Shown in pieces: positions 46,499 to 57,164 of a stretch of 64,000 nucleotides of DNA (its first letter is position 1; each line of letters opens with the position of its first letter). Source of the DNA: an uncultured Gammaproteobacteria bacterium. GTDB taxonomy: Bacteria > Pseudomonadota > Gammaproteobacteria > Xanthomonadales > Xanthomonadaceae. The DNA lies in contig CBHTVR010000011.1 of NCBI GenBank assembly GCA_966096795.1, forward strand, positions 324 through 64,323, given 5' to 3'. The notes below the pieces were generated by a model. That model saw only the letters and a program-made list of their open reading frames with translations, was not told where the DNA came from and ran no database searches. Both the position numbers and the translations under genes were made by a program.

Positions 46499-46757
46499 GG
46501 TGATTACCCTGCGTGTTGGTTGTTTTGGAAACCCGACGGTCACGTCCGGCGTATCGGTGCAGCATCCTTGCGCGGCGTCCTGCCGCACTCTTTCACAATG
46601 CCGATCCCGGCATTCTTGGGAAGCCACAGCGCAACGCTCGGTCCCATCCCCAGGCGACCCTGAGCGGTAACGAGAGTTTAACACCATAGGCGCAGCCCAT
46701 GACAGCCGGATGACCGTCACGGAAGCAGGTTTCCGGCGCCGGCTGAATGGGGCCGCG

Positions 46758-47363
46758 CTAGCCCGCGAGGTGGGGCGACCTGAGCGTCGCCGCGACGCCA
46801 TCCATCAGCATCTGCACCGAAATGGCCACCAAAAGCATGCCCATCAGGCGCTCCACCGCGACCAGGAAAGCCTGGCCCAGGACCTTGTACAGGCGGGTGG
46901 CGGCAAACAGGATGGCCGCCGTGCCCAGCCAGGCCAGCAACAGGGCCAAACTCCAGTCGCCCATGCGCCCCGGATCCTGGCTGCCGAGCAGCATCACCGA
47001 GGCCATGCCCGAGGGACCGGCCACCAGGGGAATGGCCATGGGCACGATGAAGGGTTCGCCGCCGCCGGTCTCGCCGAACATGCCTTCCGGGCTCGGGAAG
47101 ATCATCTTCAGGCCGATCAGGAACAGCACGATGCCGCCGGCGATCGACACCGACTCCTGGCGCAGGTGCATCAGCTCAAGCACGTACTTGCCGCCCCAGA
47201 GGAAGGCGAACAACACGCCGAGTGCGATCAGCAACTCGCGCGCCAGCACAATGCGCCGGCGCGCCGGCGCCAGCGGCTTGAGCAAACTCAGGAACACGGG
47301 GATGTTGCCAAGCGGATCCAGGATCAGGAACAACAGCAAGGCGGTGGAGATGGTGCTGGTCAC
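46758..47363 (-). CDS. MarC-family (UPF0056) membrane protein
   Basis: 201 aa, polytopic. It begins LLFLILDPLGNIPVFLSLL, typical of the MarC family. Confidence 0.85.
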   Translation of the reverse strand: MTSTISTALLLFLILDPLGNIPVFLSLLKPLAPARRRIVLARELLIALGVLFAFLWGGKYVLELMHLRQESVSIAGGIVLFLIGLKMIFPSPEGMFGETGGGEPFIVPMAIPLVAGPSGMASVMLLGSQDPGRMGDWSLALLLAWLGTAAILFAATRLYKVLGQAFLVAVERLMGMLLVAISVQMLMDGVAATLRSPHLAG

Positions 47364-48085
47364 GCCGGCAGGCCCGGCGTCAGCACCTGGCCGCGCGCGA
47401 TGATGCCTGCGGGCGACAGCAGGTGTACGCAGTGGTCGGCGTAAGCGGCCGGCGAAGGCACGCGCGTGGCGGCTTCTTCGACAAAGGCGCGGGCGCGGAT
47501 ATTGCTGCGCATCGGCCCCGGCTGCAGCGCGCTGACGCGTACCGAACTGTTGTCGGTTTCGTCGTGCAGGATGCGCACGAGACCAGCGAGACCAGCCTTG
47601 GCCACGCCATAAGTGCCCCAGTAGGCGCGATTCACCCGCGACAGGTCTTCACCGACGAATACCACCGCGCTGTCATCGGCCTTGCGCAGCAGCGGCAGGC
47701 AGGCCTGCGTGAGCAGCCAGGGCGCGGTGAGGTTGACATGCAACTGGCGCACGAACTCTTCAGGCGGCGTGGCTTCCAGCGGCTTGAGTCCGGTGAATTC
47801 GGCGGCGCAATGCAGGATGCCGTGCAGGCCGCCGAGCTCGCGTTCGATGGTTTGGGCCATGGCTTCGTAGTCGGCGGGATCGGCACCTGCCAGGTCGAGC
47901 GGATACATGGCCGGCAACGGGCCGATGGCCTTGATGGCATCGTAGGTGCGACTGAGCTTGGGCACCTTGCGACCGAGCAAGACCAGGGTCGCGCCGGCTT
48001 GCGCACAAGCCTTGGCGGCCGCCTCGCCGAGGCCGCCGTAAGCGCCCGTGACCAGGATCACCCGGCCGTCGAGCACGCCGCTCAT
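47360..48085 (-). CDS. SDR-family oxidoreductase, YciK-like (241 aa)
   Basis: Trimmed to the ATG at 48085, overlapping the grxD stop. The sequence is VILVTGAYGGLGEAAAK...YGVAKAGLAGLVRIL. Confidence 0.85.
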   Translation of the reverse strand: MSGVLDGRVILVTGAYGGLGEAAAKACAQAGATLVLLGRKVPKLSRTYDAIKAIGPLPAMYPLDLAGADPADYEAMAQTIERELGGLHGILHCAAEFTGLKPLEATPPEEFVRQLHVNLTAPWLLTQACLPLLRKADDSAVVFVGEDLSRVNRAYWGTYGVAKAGLAGLVRILHDETDNSSVRVSALQPGPMRSNIRARAFVEEAATRVPSPAAYADHCVHLLSPAGIIARGQVLTPGLPA

Positions 48086-48405
48086 GCGGCCTTCTGCGCC
48101 TCGGCCACCATGCGCGCCAACTCGCCGCTCTCGAACAACTCGACGGTGATGTCGCAGCCGCCGATGAACTCGCCATTGATGAAAAGCTGCGGGAAGGTCG
48201 GCCAGTCGGAGAAGCGCGGCAGGTCCGCGCGGATCTCGGGATCTTGCAGCACGTTCACGCTGTGGATCGTGGCGCCGGCCTGCTTGAGCACCTGGCTGGC
48301 GCGGCTGGAGAAGCCGCACATTGGGAATTGCGGCGTGCCCTTCATGAAAAGAACCACCGGGTGGCCTTCGACCTCGGCCCGGATGCGGTCAAGTGTTGCG
48401 CTCAT
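48082..48405 (-). CDS. grxD: monothiol glutaredoxin Grx4 family (107 aa)
   Basis: Trimmed to the ATG at 48405. The CGFS active site lies in VVLFMKGTPQFPMCGFSSRA, and WPTFPQLFINGEFIGGCD is also present. Confidence 0.9.
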   Translation of the reverse strand: MSATLDRIRAEVEGHPVVLFMKGTPQFPMCGFSSRASQVLKQAGATIHSVNVLQDPEIRADLPRFSDWPTFPQLFINGEFIGGCDITVELFESGELARMVAEAQKAA

Positions 48406-48518
48406 CGTGATACTCCGTTCACGCCAGGCCAAGGTGCCGGGCGCTCGTTCAGGCTAGAATTATAAGGCCTCGACCGCGCCCGGCGCGGTCCACCCCTCGC
48501 AAACGCAAAGGAACGCCC

Positions 48519-49097
48519 ATGGCCATCGAACTGCCTCCCCTGCCCTACGACCGCACCGCCCTGGCGCCGCACATCTCGGCCGAGACCATCGACTTCCACT
48601 ACGGCAAGCACCACCAGACCTATGTCACCAACCTCAACAACCTGATCAAGGGTACCGAGTTCGAGGACATGGACCTCGAAGCGATCGTGCGCAAGTCGCA
48701 GGGCGGCATGTTCAACAATGCCGCGCAGATCTGGAACCACAGCTTCTACTGGAACTGCCTCAAGCCCGAAGGCGGTGGTGAACCCGGCGGCGCGCTGGGC
48801 GAGGCCATCACCAAGACCTTCGGCAGCTTTGCTGCGTTCAAGGAAGAATTCACCAAGACCGCCATCGGCACCTTCGGTTCCGGTTGGGCCTGGCTGGTGC
48901 AGCGCCCGGACGGCAGCCTGGCCCTGGTCAGCACGCCGAACGCGGCCACGCCGCTGACCGGCAATGACAAGCCGCTGCTGACCTGCGATGTCTGGGAACA
49001 CGCCTACTACATCGACTACCGCAACGCCCGCGCAAAGTACGTGGAAGCGTTCTGGAGCCTGGTGAACTGGGACTTTGCCGCCAGCCAGATGGCCTGA
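48519..49097 (+). CDS. sodB: superoxide dismutase (Fe/Mn family, Fe-type likely)
   Basis: [36 protein letters not shown]...[13 protein letters not shown]. Confidence 0.93.
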   Translation: MAIELPPLPYDRTALAPHISAETIDFHYGKHHQTYVTNLNNLIKGTEFEDMDLEAIVRKSQGGMFNNAAQIWNHSFYWNCLKPEGGGEPGGALGEAITKTFGSFAAFKEEFTKTAIGTFGSGWAWLVQRPDGSLALVSTPNAATPLTGNDKPLLTCDVWEHAYYIDYRNARAKYVEAFWSLVNWDFAASQMA

Positions 49098-49118
49098 GGC
49101 CATCGAGGTTCCACGAAA

Positions 49119-49150
49119 GAACGGCCGGGGCGACCCGGCCGTTTGCTTTT
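49119..49150. terminator. intrinsic terminator between convergent sodB and purK
   Basis: acggccggg-gcga-cccggccgt followed by ttgctttt. Confidence 0.8.
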
Positions 49151-50289
49151 CAGCGCAGGCGCGCCAGTACCGGCGCGACCTGCGCATCGCGGCCCAGGGC
49201 CTTGCCTGCCGCTGCCAGTGCATCGGCCAGCTCAGCGGCCGTGTCCGCGCGGAAAGTGGCGTGACCGACCTTGCGGCCTTCGCGCGGGCTCTTGCCGTAG
49301 TCATGCCAGTGGCCGCAGGCCTGCGCCAGCACCGGCAGCGAATCGGGGAGCGTACCGATCCAGTTGAGCATGCAGGCATGGCCGAGCATGCGCGTGCTGC
49401 CCAAGGGCAGGCCGAGCACGGCGCGCAGGTGGTTCTGGAATTGCGAAGTCTCGGCGCCCTCGATGGTCCAGTGCCCGGAGTTATGCACGCGCGGCGCCAT
49501 TTCATTCGCCAGCAGCCGGCCTTCGCGCACGAACAGCTCGAGCGCGAACACGCCAACGTAGTCCAGTGATTCGGCGACCCGGCGCGCATGCGCGACTGCG
49601 GCCTGTTCCAGCGCGGCAGCAACATTCGCCGGCGCCAGGCTGGCGGCAAGCACGCCATGATCGTGCCAATTTTCGGTGAGTGGCCAGGTGCGGAATTCGC
49701 CATCGCGACCGCGTACCGCGACCACCGACAGTTCGCGCTCGAAGGGCACGAAGGCCTCGAGGATCAAGCCGACCGAAGCGGCCTGCGCACCCAGCGCATC
49801 CCAGGCGGCTTCAGCATCCGCCGTGCTGCGGATGCGGAACTGGCCCTTGCCGTCATAACCCAGGCGCCGCGTCTTCAGAATGGCGGGCGCGCCGATGCGC
49901 GCAAGCGCCGCATCAAGGTCTGCGCGCGAAGCAATGTCGGCAAAGTCGGGAACCTCGATGCCCAGTTCGCGGAAAAGTGTCTTCTCGGCGAGACGATCCT
50001 GCGCAACCTGCAGCGCGCGAGGATTGGGGAACACCGGAACGCGCTCGGCCAGCCACTGCGCGGACTCGGCCGGCACGTTCTCGAAATCGAAGGTCGCCAC
50101 ATCCACCTGCGCCGCAAACGCCGCCAGCGCGTCTTCGTCGCGGTAGTCGGCCTGCATGCTCGGCGCATATTGCGCAGCGCAGGCATCGGCCGTGGTGTCC
50201 AGCACCAGGAAGCGCAGGCCGAGCGGCGCGCCGGAAAGCGCGAGCATGCGGGCCAGTTGCCCGCCGCCAAGGATGCCGACGGTGATCAC
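49150..50289 (-). CDS. purK: 5-(carboxyamino)imidazole ribonucleotide synthase
   Basis: 379 aa, beginning [17 protein letters not shown], with an ATP-grasp body. It lies directly after purE. Confidence 0.93.
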   Translation of the reverse strand: MITVGILGGGQLARMLALSGAPLGLRFLVLDTTADACAAQYAPSMQADYRDEDALAAFAAQVDVATFDFENVPAESAQWLAERVPVFPNPRALQVAQDRLAEKTLFRELGIEVPDFADIASRADLDAALARIGAPAILKTRRLGYDGKGQFRIRSTADAEAAWDALGAQAASVGLILEAFVPFERELSVVAVRGRDGEFRTWPLTENWHDHGVLAASLAPANVAAALEQAAVAHARRVAESLDYVGVFALELFVREGRLLANEMAPRVHNSGHWTIEGAETSQFQNHLRAVLGLPLGSTRMLGHACMLNWIGTLPDSLPVLAQACGHWHDYGKSPREGRKVGHATFRADTAAELADALAAAGKALGRDAQVAPVLARLR

Positions 50290-50789
50290 GCCGGACGCGG
50301 GTCCAGCTGGTCGAGCACGTCCTGCGTTTGTTTGTTGCGGAACGCGGCCAGGGCATGGGCCACTTCGCGATCATGCAGGGCCAGGATGGCGGCGGCGAAC
50401 AAGCCTGCGTTCGCGGCACCGGCCGGACCGATGGCAAACGTGGCGACCGGCACGCCGGCAGGCATCTGCACGATCGACAGCAGGGAATCCAGGCCGTTGA
50501 GCGCCTTGCTCTGCACTGGCACGCCGAGGATGGGCAGCGAGGTCTTTGCCGCCAGCATGCCCGGCAGGTGGGCAGCGCCACCGGCACCGGCGATGATCAC
50601 GCGCAGTCCTCGCGTGGCCGCCGTTTCGGCATAGCGAAACAGCAGGTCGGGGGTTCGGTGCGCGGAAACCACCTGCACTTCGCAAGCCACGCCAAGTTGC
50701 TCCAGACGGGCGACGGCGTGCTGCATGGTGTCCCAGTCGTTGCGCGACCCCATGACGATTCCGACGGTGGGCGCAGCGCTCGTGCTCAT
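50286..50789 (-). CDS. purE: 5-(carboxyamino)imidazole ribonucleotide mutase (167 aa)
   Basis: Trimmed to the ATG at 50789. The sequence is [17 protein letters not shown]...VVSAHRTPD...[14 protein letters not shown]. Confidence 0.93.
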   Translation of the reverse strand: MSTSAAPTVGIVMGSRNDWDTMQHAVARLEQLGVACEVQVVSAHRTPDLLFRYAETAATRGLRVIIAGAGGAAHLPGMLAAKTSLPILGVPVQSKALNGLDSLLSIVQMPAGVPVATFAIGPAGAANAGLFAAAILALHDREVAHALAAFRNKQTQDVLDQLDPRPA

Positions 50790-50861
50790 GGCAGGTCCAT
50801 GGTCCAGCGGACGGGGGAGGGCGTATTCTAGACGCATCCCGCCACCGACTCCACGATTCCC

Positions 50862-51128
50862 ATGGACCGCAAGCTGCTCGACATCCTCTGCTGCCCCGTC
50901 ACCAAGCAGCCCCTGGCCCTGCTGCAAGCCAACGAGCTGGAGGCCTTGAACACCGCCATCGCCGCCGGCGGTGTGTTGCGCCAGGACGGCAGCGCCCAGT
51001 CGGAGCCGGTCCGCGAAGGCCTGATCACCCGCGACCACCAGACCTTGTACCGCGTGGACGATGGCATTCCGGTGCTGCTGGCCGACGAGTCCATCGCTAC
51101 CGCCAGCCTGCCCGGCTTCCCGCGCTAG
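50862..51128 (+). CDS. Trm112/YcaR-family small protein
   Basis: 88 aa. The sequence is [18 protein letters not shown]...[16 protein letters not shown]. Confidence 0.8.
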   Translation: MDRKLLDILCCPVTKQPLALLQANELEALNTAIAAGGVLRQDGSAQSEPVREGLITRDHQTLYRVDDGIPVLLADESIATASLPGFPR

Positions 51129-51130
51129 GC

Positions 51131-51964
51131 ATGTTCGCTGCGCCGCCACAGGCCCAGATCGAGGCCGATGTCGCCCACGCCCTGGCCGAAGATCTCGGCA
51201 GCGGCGATGTCACCGCCTCGCTGCTGCCCGACAAGGCGCAGCGCGGCCACATCCTCTTGAAGGAAGATGCGATCGTCGCGGGCCGGCCCTGGTTCGACGC
51301 CTGCTTCCTGGTACTGGATTCGAATTGGCAAGTGGACTGGCTCGTGGCCGAAGGGCAACGCGTTGCCGCCGGCACCGTCGTCTGCCGCTTCGAAGGCCGC
51401 TCGCGCGCCCTCGTGAGCGCCGAGCGCTGTGCATTGAATTTCCTGGAGACACTGTCGGCCACTGCCACCCGCACCGCCCAATTCGTCGCCGAAACCGAAG
51501 GCACGCGCACGCGCATCCTCGACACCCGCAAGACCCTGCCCGGCCTGCGCCTGGCGCAGAAATACGCCGTGCGCGTGGGTGGCGGCAGCAACCACCGCAT
51601 GGGCCTGTACGACACGGTGATGCTCAAGGAAAACCACATCCGCGCCGCCGGCTCCATCGCCGCGGCCGCTGCGCTTGCGAAATCGCGCTACCCCGACATC
51701 CCGCTGATCATCGAGGTCGAGAACCTCGATGAGCTCGAGCAGGCGCTGGCCGCTGGCTGCACTCGCATCCTGGTCGACGATTTTTCCGAAGCCGACCTGC
51801 GTGAAGCCGTGCAGCGCGCGGCCGGGCGCATTCCGCTCGAGGTGTCCGGTGGCGTAAGCCTGGGGCGCGTGCGTGCCATCGCCGCAACCGGCGTGGACTG
51901 CATTTCAGTCGGCGCCCTGACCAAGCACATCCAGGCCATCGACTTTTCGATGCGCCTGGACTGA
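51131..51964 (+). CDS. nadC: nicotinate-nucleotide diphosphorylase (carboxylating)
   Basis: 277 aa. The sequence includes [33 protein letters not shown] and MLKENH. Confidence 0.93.
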   Translation: MFAAPPQAQIEADVAHALAEDLGSGDVTASLLPDKAQRGHILLKEDAIVAGRPWFDACFLVLDSNWQVDWLVAEGQRVAAGTVVCRFEGRSRALVSAERCALNFLETLSATATRTAQFVAETEGTRTRILDTRKTLPGLRLAQKYAVRVGGGSNHRMGLYDTVMLKENHIRAAGSIAAAAALAKSRYPDIPLIIEVENLDELEQALAAGCTRILVDDFSEADLREAVQRAAGRIPLEVSGGVSLGRVRAIAATGVDCISVGALTKHIQAIDFSMRLD

Positions 51965-51974
51965 GTTCGCGAAT

Positions 51975-52757
51975 CTAGCGGCGCATCACCAGCACGGCGA
52001 TTACCGTCAGTGCCGCGAGGATCAGCAGGACCGAGGCCCCCATCTGCATCTTCTGCGCGCGCGTCATCGCCGGCGCCGCCGGCGCGGCCGTGGGCGCAGG
52101 CGCGGGCATTTCCATGCCGGGCGCCACCAGCATGAAACGCACCGCGTCGAGCTTGAGTTCGTCACCCGGGCGCAGGAAGCCCTGCTGGATGCGCTTGTTG
52201 TTGATGAAGCTGCCATTGGCCGAGCCGAGGTCTTCCACCGCCAGGCCTTCCTGGGTGGGCTTGACCAGGGCGTGGCGGCGCGACATTTCATCGGCAGGCA
52301 CGGAAATGTCGCACTCGGCTGCACGGCCGATGACCACCGGGCCGGTAATCGGATAGACCTTGCCGAACACCGCGCCGGACACGCCGCGCAGGACGAATTT
52401 CGGCAGCACCAGGCGCACCCGGGTAGCGTGGCCGTCGTCTTCCTCGACATCGGCCGCCGACTGGGAGCGCGCCTCTTCGACCACGACATAGCGGGCAATC
52501 ACCGGCCCGATGGCGAGAATATCGCCGGAACGCAGGCCCATGATGTCGGTGACGGCCTTGCCATTCACCGAGACCGGCCCGGCGCCGGCCGGCACCTGAA
52601 GGTTGGCACCGCTGCTGGTCAGGTGGATGACGCAATGCACGGGCAGGATGCCGGGCAGGTGCAGCACGGCCGCGCTGTGGGCGTCCGAGCCGAACCGGTT
52701 GGGCCCCGGGTTGAGCAATACCTGGCCATGCTCGCCGTTGGGAAACACCAGCTTCAT
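51975..52757 (-). CDS. tandem-FHA-domain protein with C-terminal TM anchor (260 aa)
   Basis: Two FHA-like units are present: ...NRFGSDAHSAAV...VSVNGKAV... and ...VVIGRAAECDISVPADEMSRRHALV...GSANGSFINNKRI... The C-terminus is GASVLLILAALTVIAVLVMRR. Confidence 0.8.
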   Translation of the reverse strand: MKLVFPNGEHGQVLLNPGPNRFGSDAHSAAVLHLPGILPVHCVIHLTSSGANLQVPAGAGPVSVNGKAVTDIMGLRSGDILAIGPVIARYVVVEEARSQSAADVEEDDGHATRVRLVLPKFVLRGVSGAVFGKVYPITGPVVIGRAAECDISVPADEMSRRHALVKPTQEGLAVEDLGSANGSFINNKRIQQGFLRPGDELKLDAVRFMLVAPGMEMPAPAPTAAPAAPAMTRAQKMQMGASVLLILAALTVIAVLVMRR

Positions 52758-52880
52758 TTTCGCCCTCCCGCGAAAACCGGCCGCATCCAGACGATGCGCC
52801 CGGCCCTATCTTAGCGGCCCGGCGCGGGAATAGAAGCTACCCGTGCACAGCTTGAGGCTTCCGTTGAACGCCCCCACACT

Positions 52881-53210
52881 GTGCGGATGAGCTTTTCCCT
52901 GATTGTCCTCGCACTGGGTGTTGCCGCTGCCGCGTTCTGGTTCAGCGGCCGCGCGGCCGCTGAACGCGCCACCGAACATGGTCGACGCGCCTGCAAGCAT
53001 GCCGGCGTGCAGTGGCTGGACCAGAGCGTGCACCAGGTGCGCGTTCGCCTGGGCCGGGATTTTGAGGGCCGATTGCGCTGGGAGCGCCAGTTTCGTTTCG
53101 AGTATTCCGACGGCGGCGAAGATCGCCATGCCGGCCTGGTCACGATGATCGGTTCGGATTTGAGCAGCCTGGTCGGCCCCATGCCGCGGACCGTCGACAC
53201 CGTTCACTGA
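52881..53210 (+). CDS. DUF3301-family small membrane protein
   Basis: 109 aa with an N-terminal TM helix. The stretch RRACKHAGVQWLDQSV...RFEYSDGG fits the DUF3301 pattern, from memory. Confidence 0.65.
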   Translation: MRMSFSLIVLALGVAAAAFWFSGRAAAERATEHGRRACKHAGVQWLDQSVHQVRVRLGRDFEGRLRWERQFRFEYSDGGEDRHAGLVTMIGSDLSSLVGPMPRTVDTVH

Positions 53211-53216
53211 GGCGGC

Positions 53217-53636
53217 TTACTTCACCACGCGCAGGTGGCCGCCGCGACGTGGGCCGTCGCCGGGCGGTTCCGGCTCGTCGGTGGGGCCTTCGGCCGGCAG
53301 CGTGCCGACGCCGTCCTCGGGCAGCATCATGCCCTGCCCGGTTTCCTGCGCGTAAATGGCGAGCACTGCCGACACCGGCACCACCACGTGCTGGCTGATG
53401 CCACCGAAGCGCGCTTTGAAGCGCACCTCGCGATTGCCAAGGTCCAGCCCCGCCACCGCGCGCGCGGCGATATTGAGCACCACGCGGCCGTCCTTGATCG
53501 TCGCCGGTGGTACCAGCACGCCTTCGCGGCCGGCATCAACCAGCAGGTAGGGAGTCATGGAGTTGTCGCCGATCCACTGGTACAGCGCCCGCAGCAGGTA
53601 CGGGCGGTTGGAACTCATGGGTGTTGCCTCGCTCAC
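53217..53636 (-). CDS. sspB: ClpXP adaptor / stringent starvation protein B
   Basis: RPYLLRALYQWIGDNSMTPYLLVDA...VVLNIAARAV, with an acidic tail and ...GGHLRVVK. Confidence 0.9.
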   Translation of the reverse strand: MSEATPMSSNRPYLLRALYQWIGDNSMTPYLLVDAGREGVLVPPATIKDGRVVLNIAARAVAGLDLGNREVRFKARFGGISQHVVVPVSAVLAIYAQETGQGMMLPEDGVGTLPAEGPTDEPEPPGDGPRRGGHLRVVK

Positions 53637-54268
53637 GCAGGCAGTTCCCGCAGCAGTTTCTCTTCAGGCGTCAGGCTGCGCAGGAAGCCGGGGTTGCGGA
53701 AGATGCGCTGGCCGTAGTCTTCGATCAGCTTGGCTTCCTTGGGCAGCACGATGCCCAGTGCCGGCAGGCGATAGACGATGGGCGCAACCGCGCAATCGGC
53801 CAGGCTCATTTCCGGATTCAAGAAGAAGCGCGCGGCCTTGAACAGCGGCAGCGCACCCAGCAGTTGGTCCTTCAGGCGCTTGCGGGCCGCTTCAGCCTGC
53901 ACTTTGTTGCCGCTTTGGATGGCCTGCACCTGTGGCACCCACTCCAGTTCGACGCGAAGCATCGCCAGGCGCAGGCGCGCGCGCGACAGCGGATCCACCG
54001 GCATCAGCGGCGGATGCGGATAGCGTTCGTCGAGGTATTCGCTGACCACCGAAGCGGCGTACAGGACCAAGTCGCGATCGACCAGGGTCGGCACCGAGTG
54101 GTAGGGATTGAGATCGAGCAGGTCTTCGGGCGGGTTTGCGGTGTCCACCGGCACCAGCTCGTAGCTGACGCCCTTGGCCGCCAGGACCAGGCGCACCCGA
54201 TGACAGACCACGCAGTCGGGCGAAGAAAAAAGGGTCAGTGCGTTGCGGATGCGCGGGCTGGCTGCCAT
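53633..54268 (-). CDS. sspA: stringent starvation protein A (GST-like, 211 aa)
   Basis: Trimmed to the ATG at 54268. The stop overlaps the sspB start. The sequence is LTLFSSPDCVVCHRVRLVLAAKGVSYE. Confidence 0.9.
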   Translation of the reverse strand: MAASPRIRNALTLFSSPDCVVCHRVRLVLAAKGVSYELVPVDTANPPEDLLDLNPYHSVPTLVDRDLVLYAASVVSEYLDERYPHPPLMPVDPLSRARLRLAMLRVELEWVPQVQAIQSGNKVQAEAARKRLKDQLLGALPLFKAARFFLNPEMSLADCAVAPIVYRLPALGIVLPKEAKLIEDYGQRIFRNPGFLRSLTPEEKLLRELPA

Positions 54269-54377
54269 CAAGGACACCTCGAGGGGACACCCCGGCCCCC
54301 TGCCGCGGTTGTCCAAGCCCTACCCTGCCGAAACGGCCGGAAATCCGCAAGGGCTCCGGCCGTCGCGAAAGCGTGAC

Positions 54378-55169
54378 TCAGTGCACGTCGCGCCAGTACT
54401 CGGACTTGAGCAGGTAGGCGAGGAAGGTGAAGAAGGCCAGGAACAGGACGACCCAAACGCCCATCGACTCGCGCTTCATGGCCGCCGGCTCGCCGACATA
54501 GGCCAGGAAGGCGCTGATGTCGCGGGCCACGCGGTCGTACTGCTCGGCGTCCATCGTGCCCTTCTGCGCATCCGGAATGACGAAGCCGGTAATGCACTTG
54601 CCTTCGAACTCGCCCTTGGCGCAGGGCTCTTCCTCACCCGCGGCATTCTTGTGCTTGGGCTCGGTCACCGCATGCTGCACGCCCTGCATTTCCCAGAGCA
54701 CATGCGGCATGTTGGCGCCGGGGAACACGGTGTTGTTCCAGCCCATCGGGCGGGCTTCGTCCACGTAGAAGGACTTGAGGTAGTTGTAGATCCAGTCGGC
54801 GCCCTCGGCCTTGGTGCGTGCGACCACGCTCAGGTCCGGCGGAGCCTTGCCGAGCCAAGTGTTGGCCTTGGCCGCGTCCATGCCGGTGACCATGTTCTCG
54901 CCGATCTTGGCGTCGGTGAAGATCAGGTTCTGCTCGACCTGCTCCTTGCTCAGGCCCAGGTCTTCGCCCATGCGCGAATAGCGCATGTAGCTCAGCGAAT
55001 GGCAGCCGGAGCAGTAGCTGGTGTACAGGGCGGCGCCGCGCTGCAGCGACGCCTTGTCGTTCAGGTCGATCTGGGCCGACTCCATCGCCGCGCCTTCCGA
55101 GGCCAGCGACAGGACGGGAGCCAGCGCAAAGGCCAGCGCCAGGAACGAGTTCAGTCGGAACTTAGTCAT
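54378..55169 (-). CDS. petC: cytochrome c1
   Basis: The haem motif is CSGCHS, and there is a C-terminal TM helix. It is the third gene of the bc1 operon. Confidence 0.9.
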   Translation of the reverse strand: MTKFRLNSFLALAFALAPVLSLASEGAAMESAQIDLNDKASLQRGAALYTSYCSGCHSLSYMRYSRMGEDLGLSKEQVEQNLIFTDAKIGENMVTGMDAAKANTWLGKAPPDLSVVARTKAEGADWIYNYLKSFYVDEARPMGWNNTVFPGANMPHVLWEMQGVQHAVTEPKHKNAAGEEEPCAKGEFEGKCITGFVIPDAQKGTMDAEQYDRVARDISAFLAYVGEPAAMKRESMGVWVVLFLAFFTFLAYLLKSEYWRDVH

Positions 55170-56406
55170 GCATGGTCACCCGCTCAGGCACCGGCTTGGT
55201 CGCGCCCAGGCGCGTCCAGATCGGCATGGTGATGAAGAAAGCGAAGTAGAAGAAGGTCAGGCAACGGGCCACCAGGGTCTGGGTCGTGCTGCCAGCCTGC
55301 ATGCCCATCCAGCCCAGGGTGATGAACACCACGCAGAACAGCGCGATCATCACCTTGGAGAGGGTGCTGCGGTAGCGAATCGACTTCACCGGGCTACGGT
55401 CCAGCCAAGGCAGCAGGAACAGGATCATCACCGCGCCGCCCATCGTCATGACACCGAACAGCTTGTCGGGCACGGCGCGCAACATGGCGTAGTACGGGGT
55501 GAAGTACCAGACCGGCTTGATGTGCAGCGGCGTGACCAGCGGATTGGCGACCACGAAGTTGTCGTGTTCCAGGAACAGGCCACCCATCGTCGGCACGAAG
55601 AAGATGATGAAGGCGGCGATGGTCATGAAGAAGCCGGCGCCGAACAGGTCCTTCACCGTGTAGTACGGGTGGAAGGGAATACCGTCCTTCGGGATGCCGG
55701 TTTCCTTGTCCTTGAGCTTCTTGATGTCCACGCCGTCGGGGTTGTTCGAGCCGACTTCGTGCAGGGCGCCCAGGTGCAGCACCACCAGCAGCAGGATCAC
55801 CAGCGGCAGGGCCACCACGTGCAGGGCGAAGAAGCGGTTCAGCGTCGCGTCGGAGACCAGGTAGTCGCCGCGGATCCATTCGGTCAGGTCACCACCGACG
55901 AAGGGAATCGCGCCGAACAGGTTGATGATCACCTGCGCGCCCCAGTACGACATCTGGCCCCAGGGCAGCACATAGCCCATGAAGGCTTCCGCCATCAGGG
56001 TCAGGAAGATCAGCATGCCCAGGATCCACACCAGCTCGCGCGGCTTCTGGTGCGACCCGTAGATCAGCGCGCGGAACATGTGCAGGTAGATGACGATGAA
56101 GAACAGCGAGGCGCCGGTGGAGTGCATGTAGCGGATCAGCCAGCCGCCATCCACGTCACGCATGATGTATTCGACCGAGGCGAAGGCTTCCGCCGCGCTC
56201 GGCTTGTAGTGCATGGTCAGGAAGATGCCGGTGACGATCTGGTTGACCAGCACCAGCAGGGACAGCGCGCCGAAGTAGTACCAGAGGTTGAAGTTCTTGG
56301 GCGCGTAGTACTCGCTCATGTGCTTGCGGTACACGGGCATCAGGCCCGGGGCGCGCTCGTTCACCCAGGCCATGCCGCCATTGATGGCGCGTTCGATGAT
56401 GTTCAT
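55162..56406 (-). CDS. petB: cytochrome b
   Basis: 414 aa. NFNLWYYFGALSLLVLVNQIVTGIFLTMHY is typical of cytochrome b. Confidence 0.95.
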   Translation of the reverse strand: MNIIERAINGGMAWVNERAPGLMPVYRKHMSEYYAPKNFNLWYYFGALSLLVLVNQIVTGIFLTMHYKPSAAEAFASVEYIMRDVDGGWLIRYMHSTGASLFFIVIYLHMFRALIYGSHQKPRELVWILGMLIFLTLMAEAFMGYVLPWGQMSYWGAQVIINLFGAIPFVGGDLTEWIRGDYLVSDATLNRFFALHVVALPLVILLLVVLHLGALHEVGSNNPDGVDIKKLKDKETGIPKDGIPFHPYYTVKDLFGAGFFMTIAAFIIFFVPTMGGLFLEHDNFVVANPLVTPLHIKPVWYFTPYYAMLRAVPDKLFGVMTMGGAVMILFLLPWLDRSPVKSIRYRSTLSKVMIALFCVVFITLGWMGMQAGSTTQTLVARCLTFFYFAFFITMPIWTRLGATKPVPERVTMHD

Positions 56407-57011
56407 GCGGCGGCTCCCTGCGGGGCGACGCCGATGACCAGGTGGGTGTCATCGACGAAGTGGTAGGGCGGGATTTCCAGGTTCGCGGGCGCCGGGACGC
56501 CGTCGAACACGCGGCCGGCCAGGTCGAAACGCGACTGGTGGCAGGGGCAGAAGAAACCGCCTTTCCAGGAGGCATCGTAGGGCTGCGGCAGCATTTCCGG
56601 CACATAGCCCGGCACGCAGCCCAGGTGGGTGCAGATGCCGACGATGACCGCGATGTCCGGCTTGATCGCGCGGGCCTCGTTCTTGGCAAATTCCGGAGTC
56701 TGGTCGGCGTTGTCGGACTTGGGGTCCTTCAGGCGCACATCCAGGCTCGGCAGCGCGGCCAGCTGTTCCGGCGAGCGCTTGAAGATCCAGACCGGCTTGC
56801 CGCGCCACTGCACGATCATGCGCATGCCCGGCTCGTTCTCGAGCTTGGAAATATTCACGTCCACCGGCGCACCGGCGACCTGCGCGCGGGCGCTGGGCTT
56901 CCAGGACGTGACGAACGGAACTGCGGCGAATCCGACTCCGACCGCACCGACCACCGCAGTGGTGGCCGTCAGGAACCGGCGCCGGCCGGTGTTGACTTCT
57001 TCGTTAGCCAT
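56403..57011 (-). CDS. petA: ubiquinol-cytochrome c reductase Rieske iron-sulfur subunit (202 aa)
   Basis: Trimmed to the ATG at 57011. The Tat-type signal is GRRRFLTATTA. The Rieske motifs are CTHLGC and CPCHQS. Confidence 0.93.
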   Translation of the reverse strand: MANEEVNTGRRRFLTATTAVVGAVGVGFAAVPFVTSWKPSARAQVAGAPVDVNISKLENEPGMRMIVQWRGKPVWIFKRSPEQLAALPSLDVRLKDPKSDNADQTPEFAKNEARAIKPDIAVIVGICTHLGCVPGYVPEMLPQPYDASWKGGFFCPCHQSRFDLAGRVFDGVPAPANLEIPPYHFVDDTHLVIGVAPQGAAA

Positions 57012-57164
57012 CCGGCTCTCCGAAACTTGCTTATTGATGGGCTTGGCGGACCTTCCCGTCCGTCCAAAGACCGCCAATTGTAGCGGATGCGCTCGGCGCC
57101 AAACAACGTGGCCGGATGCTGCAGGGCAATGCGGCGGGGGCGCGAACCGCCCCGGAGCGCTGGT

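Noticed and set aside
43451-46663. 1070-aa ORF on the plus strand
   Set aside because: It is antisense to the TonB-dependent receptor gene and has no recognisable domain.
46499-46757. Possible cobalamin or other riboswitch in the 259-nt leader of the TonB-dependent receptor
   Set aside because: I found no B12-box-like GCCACTG element or other riboswitch core by eye. The receptor is Oar-like rather than BtuB-like. I cannot exclude other RNA structure without a covariance-model search.
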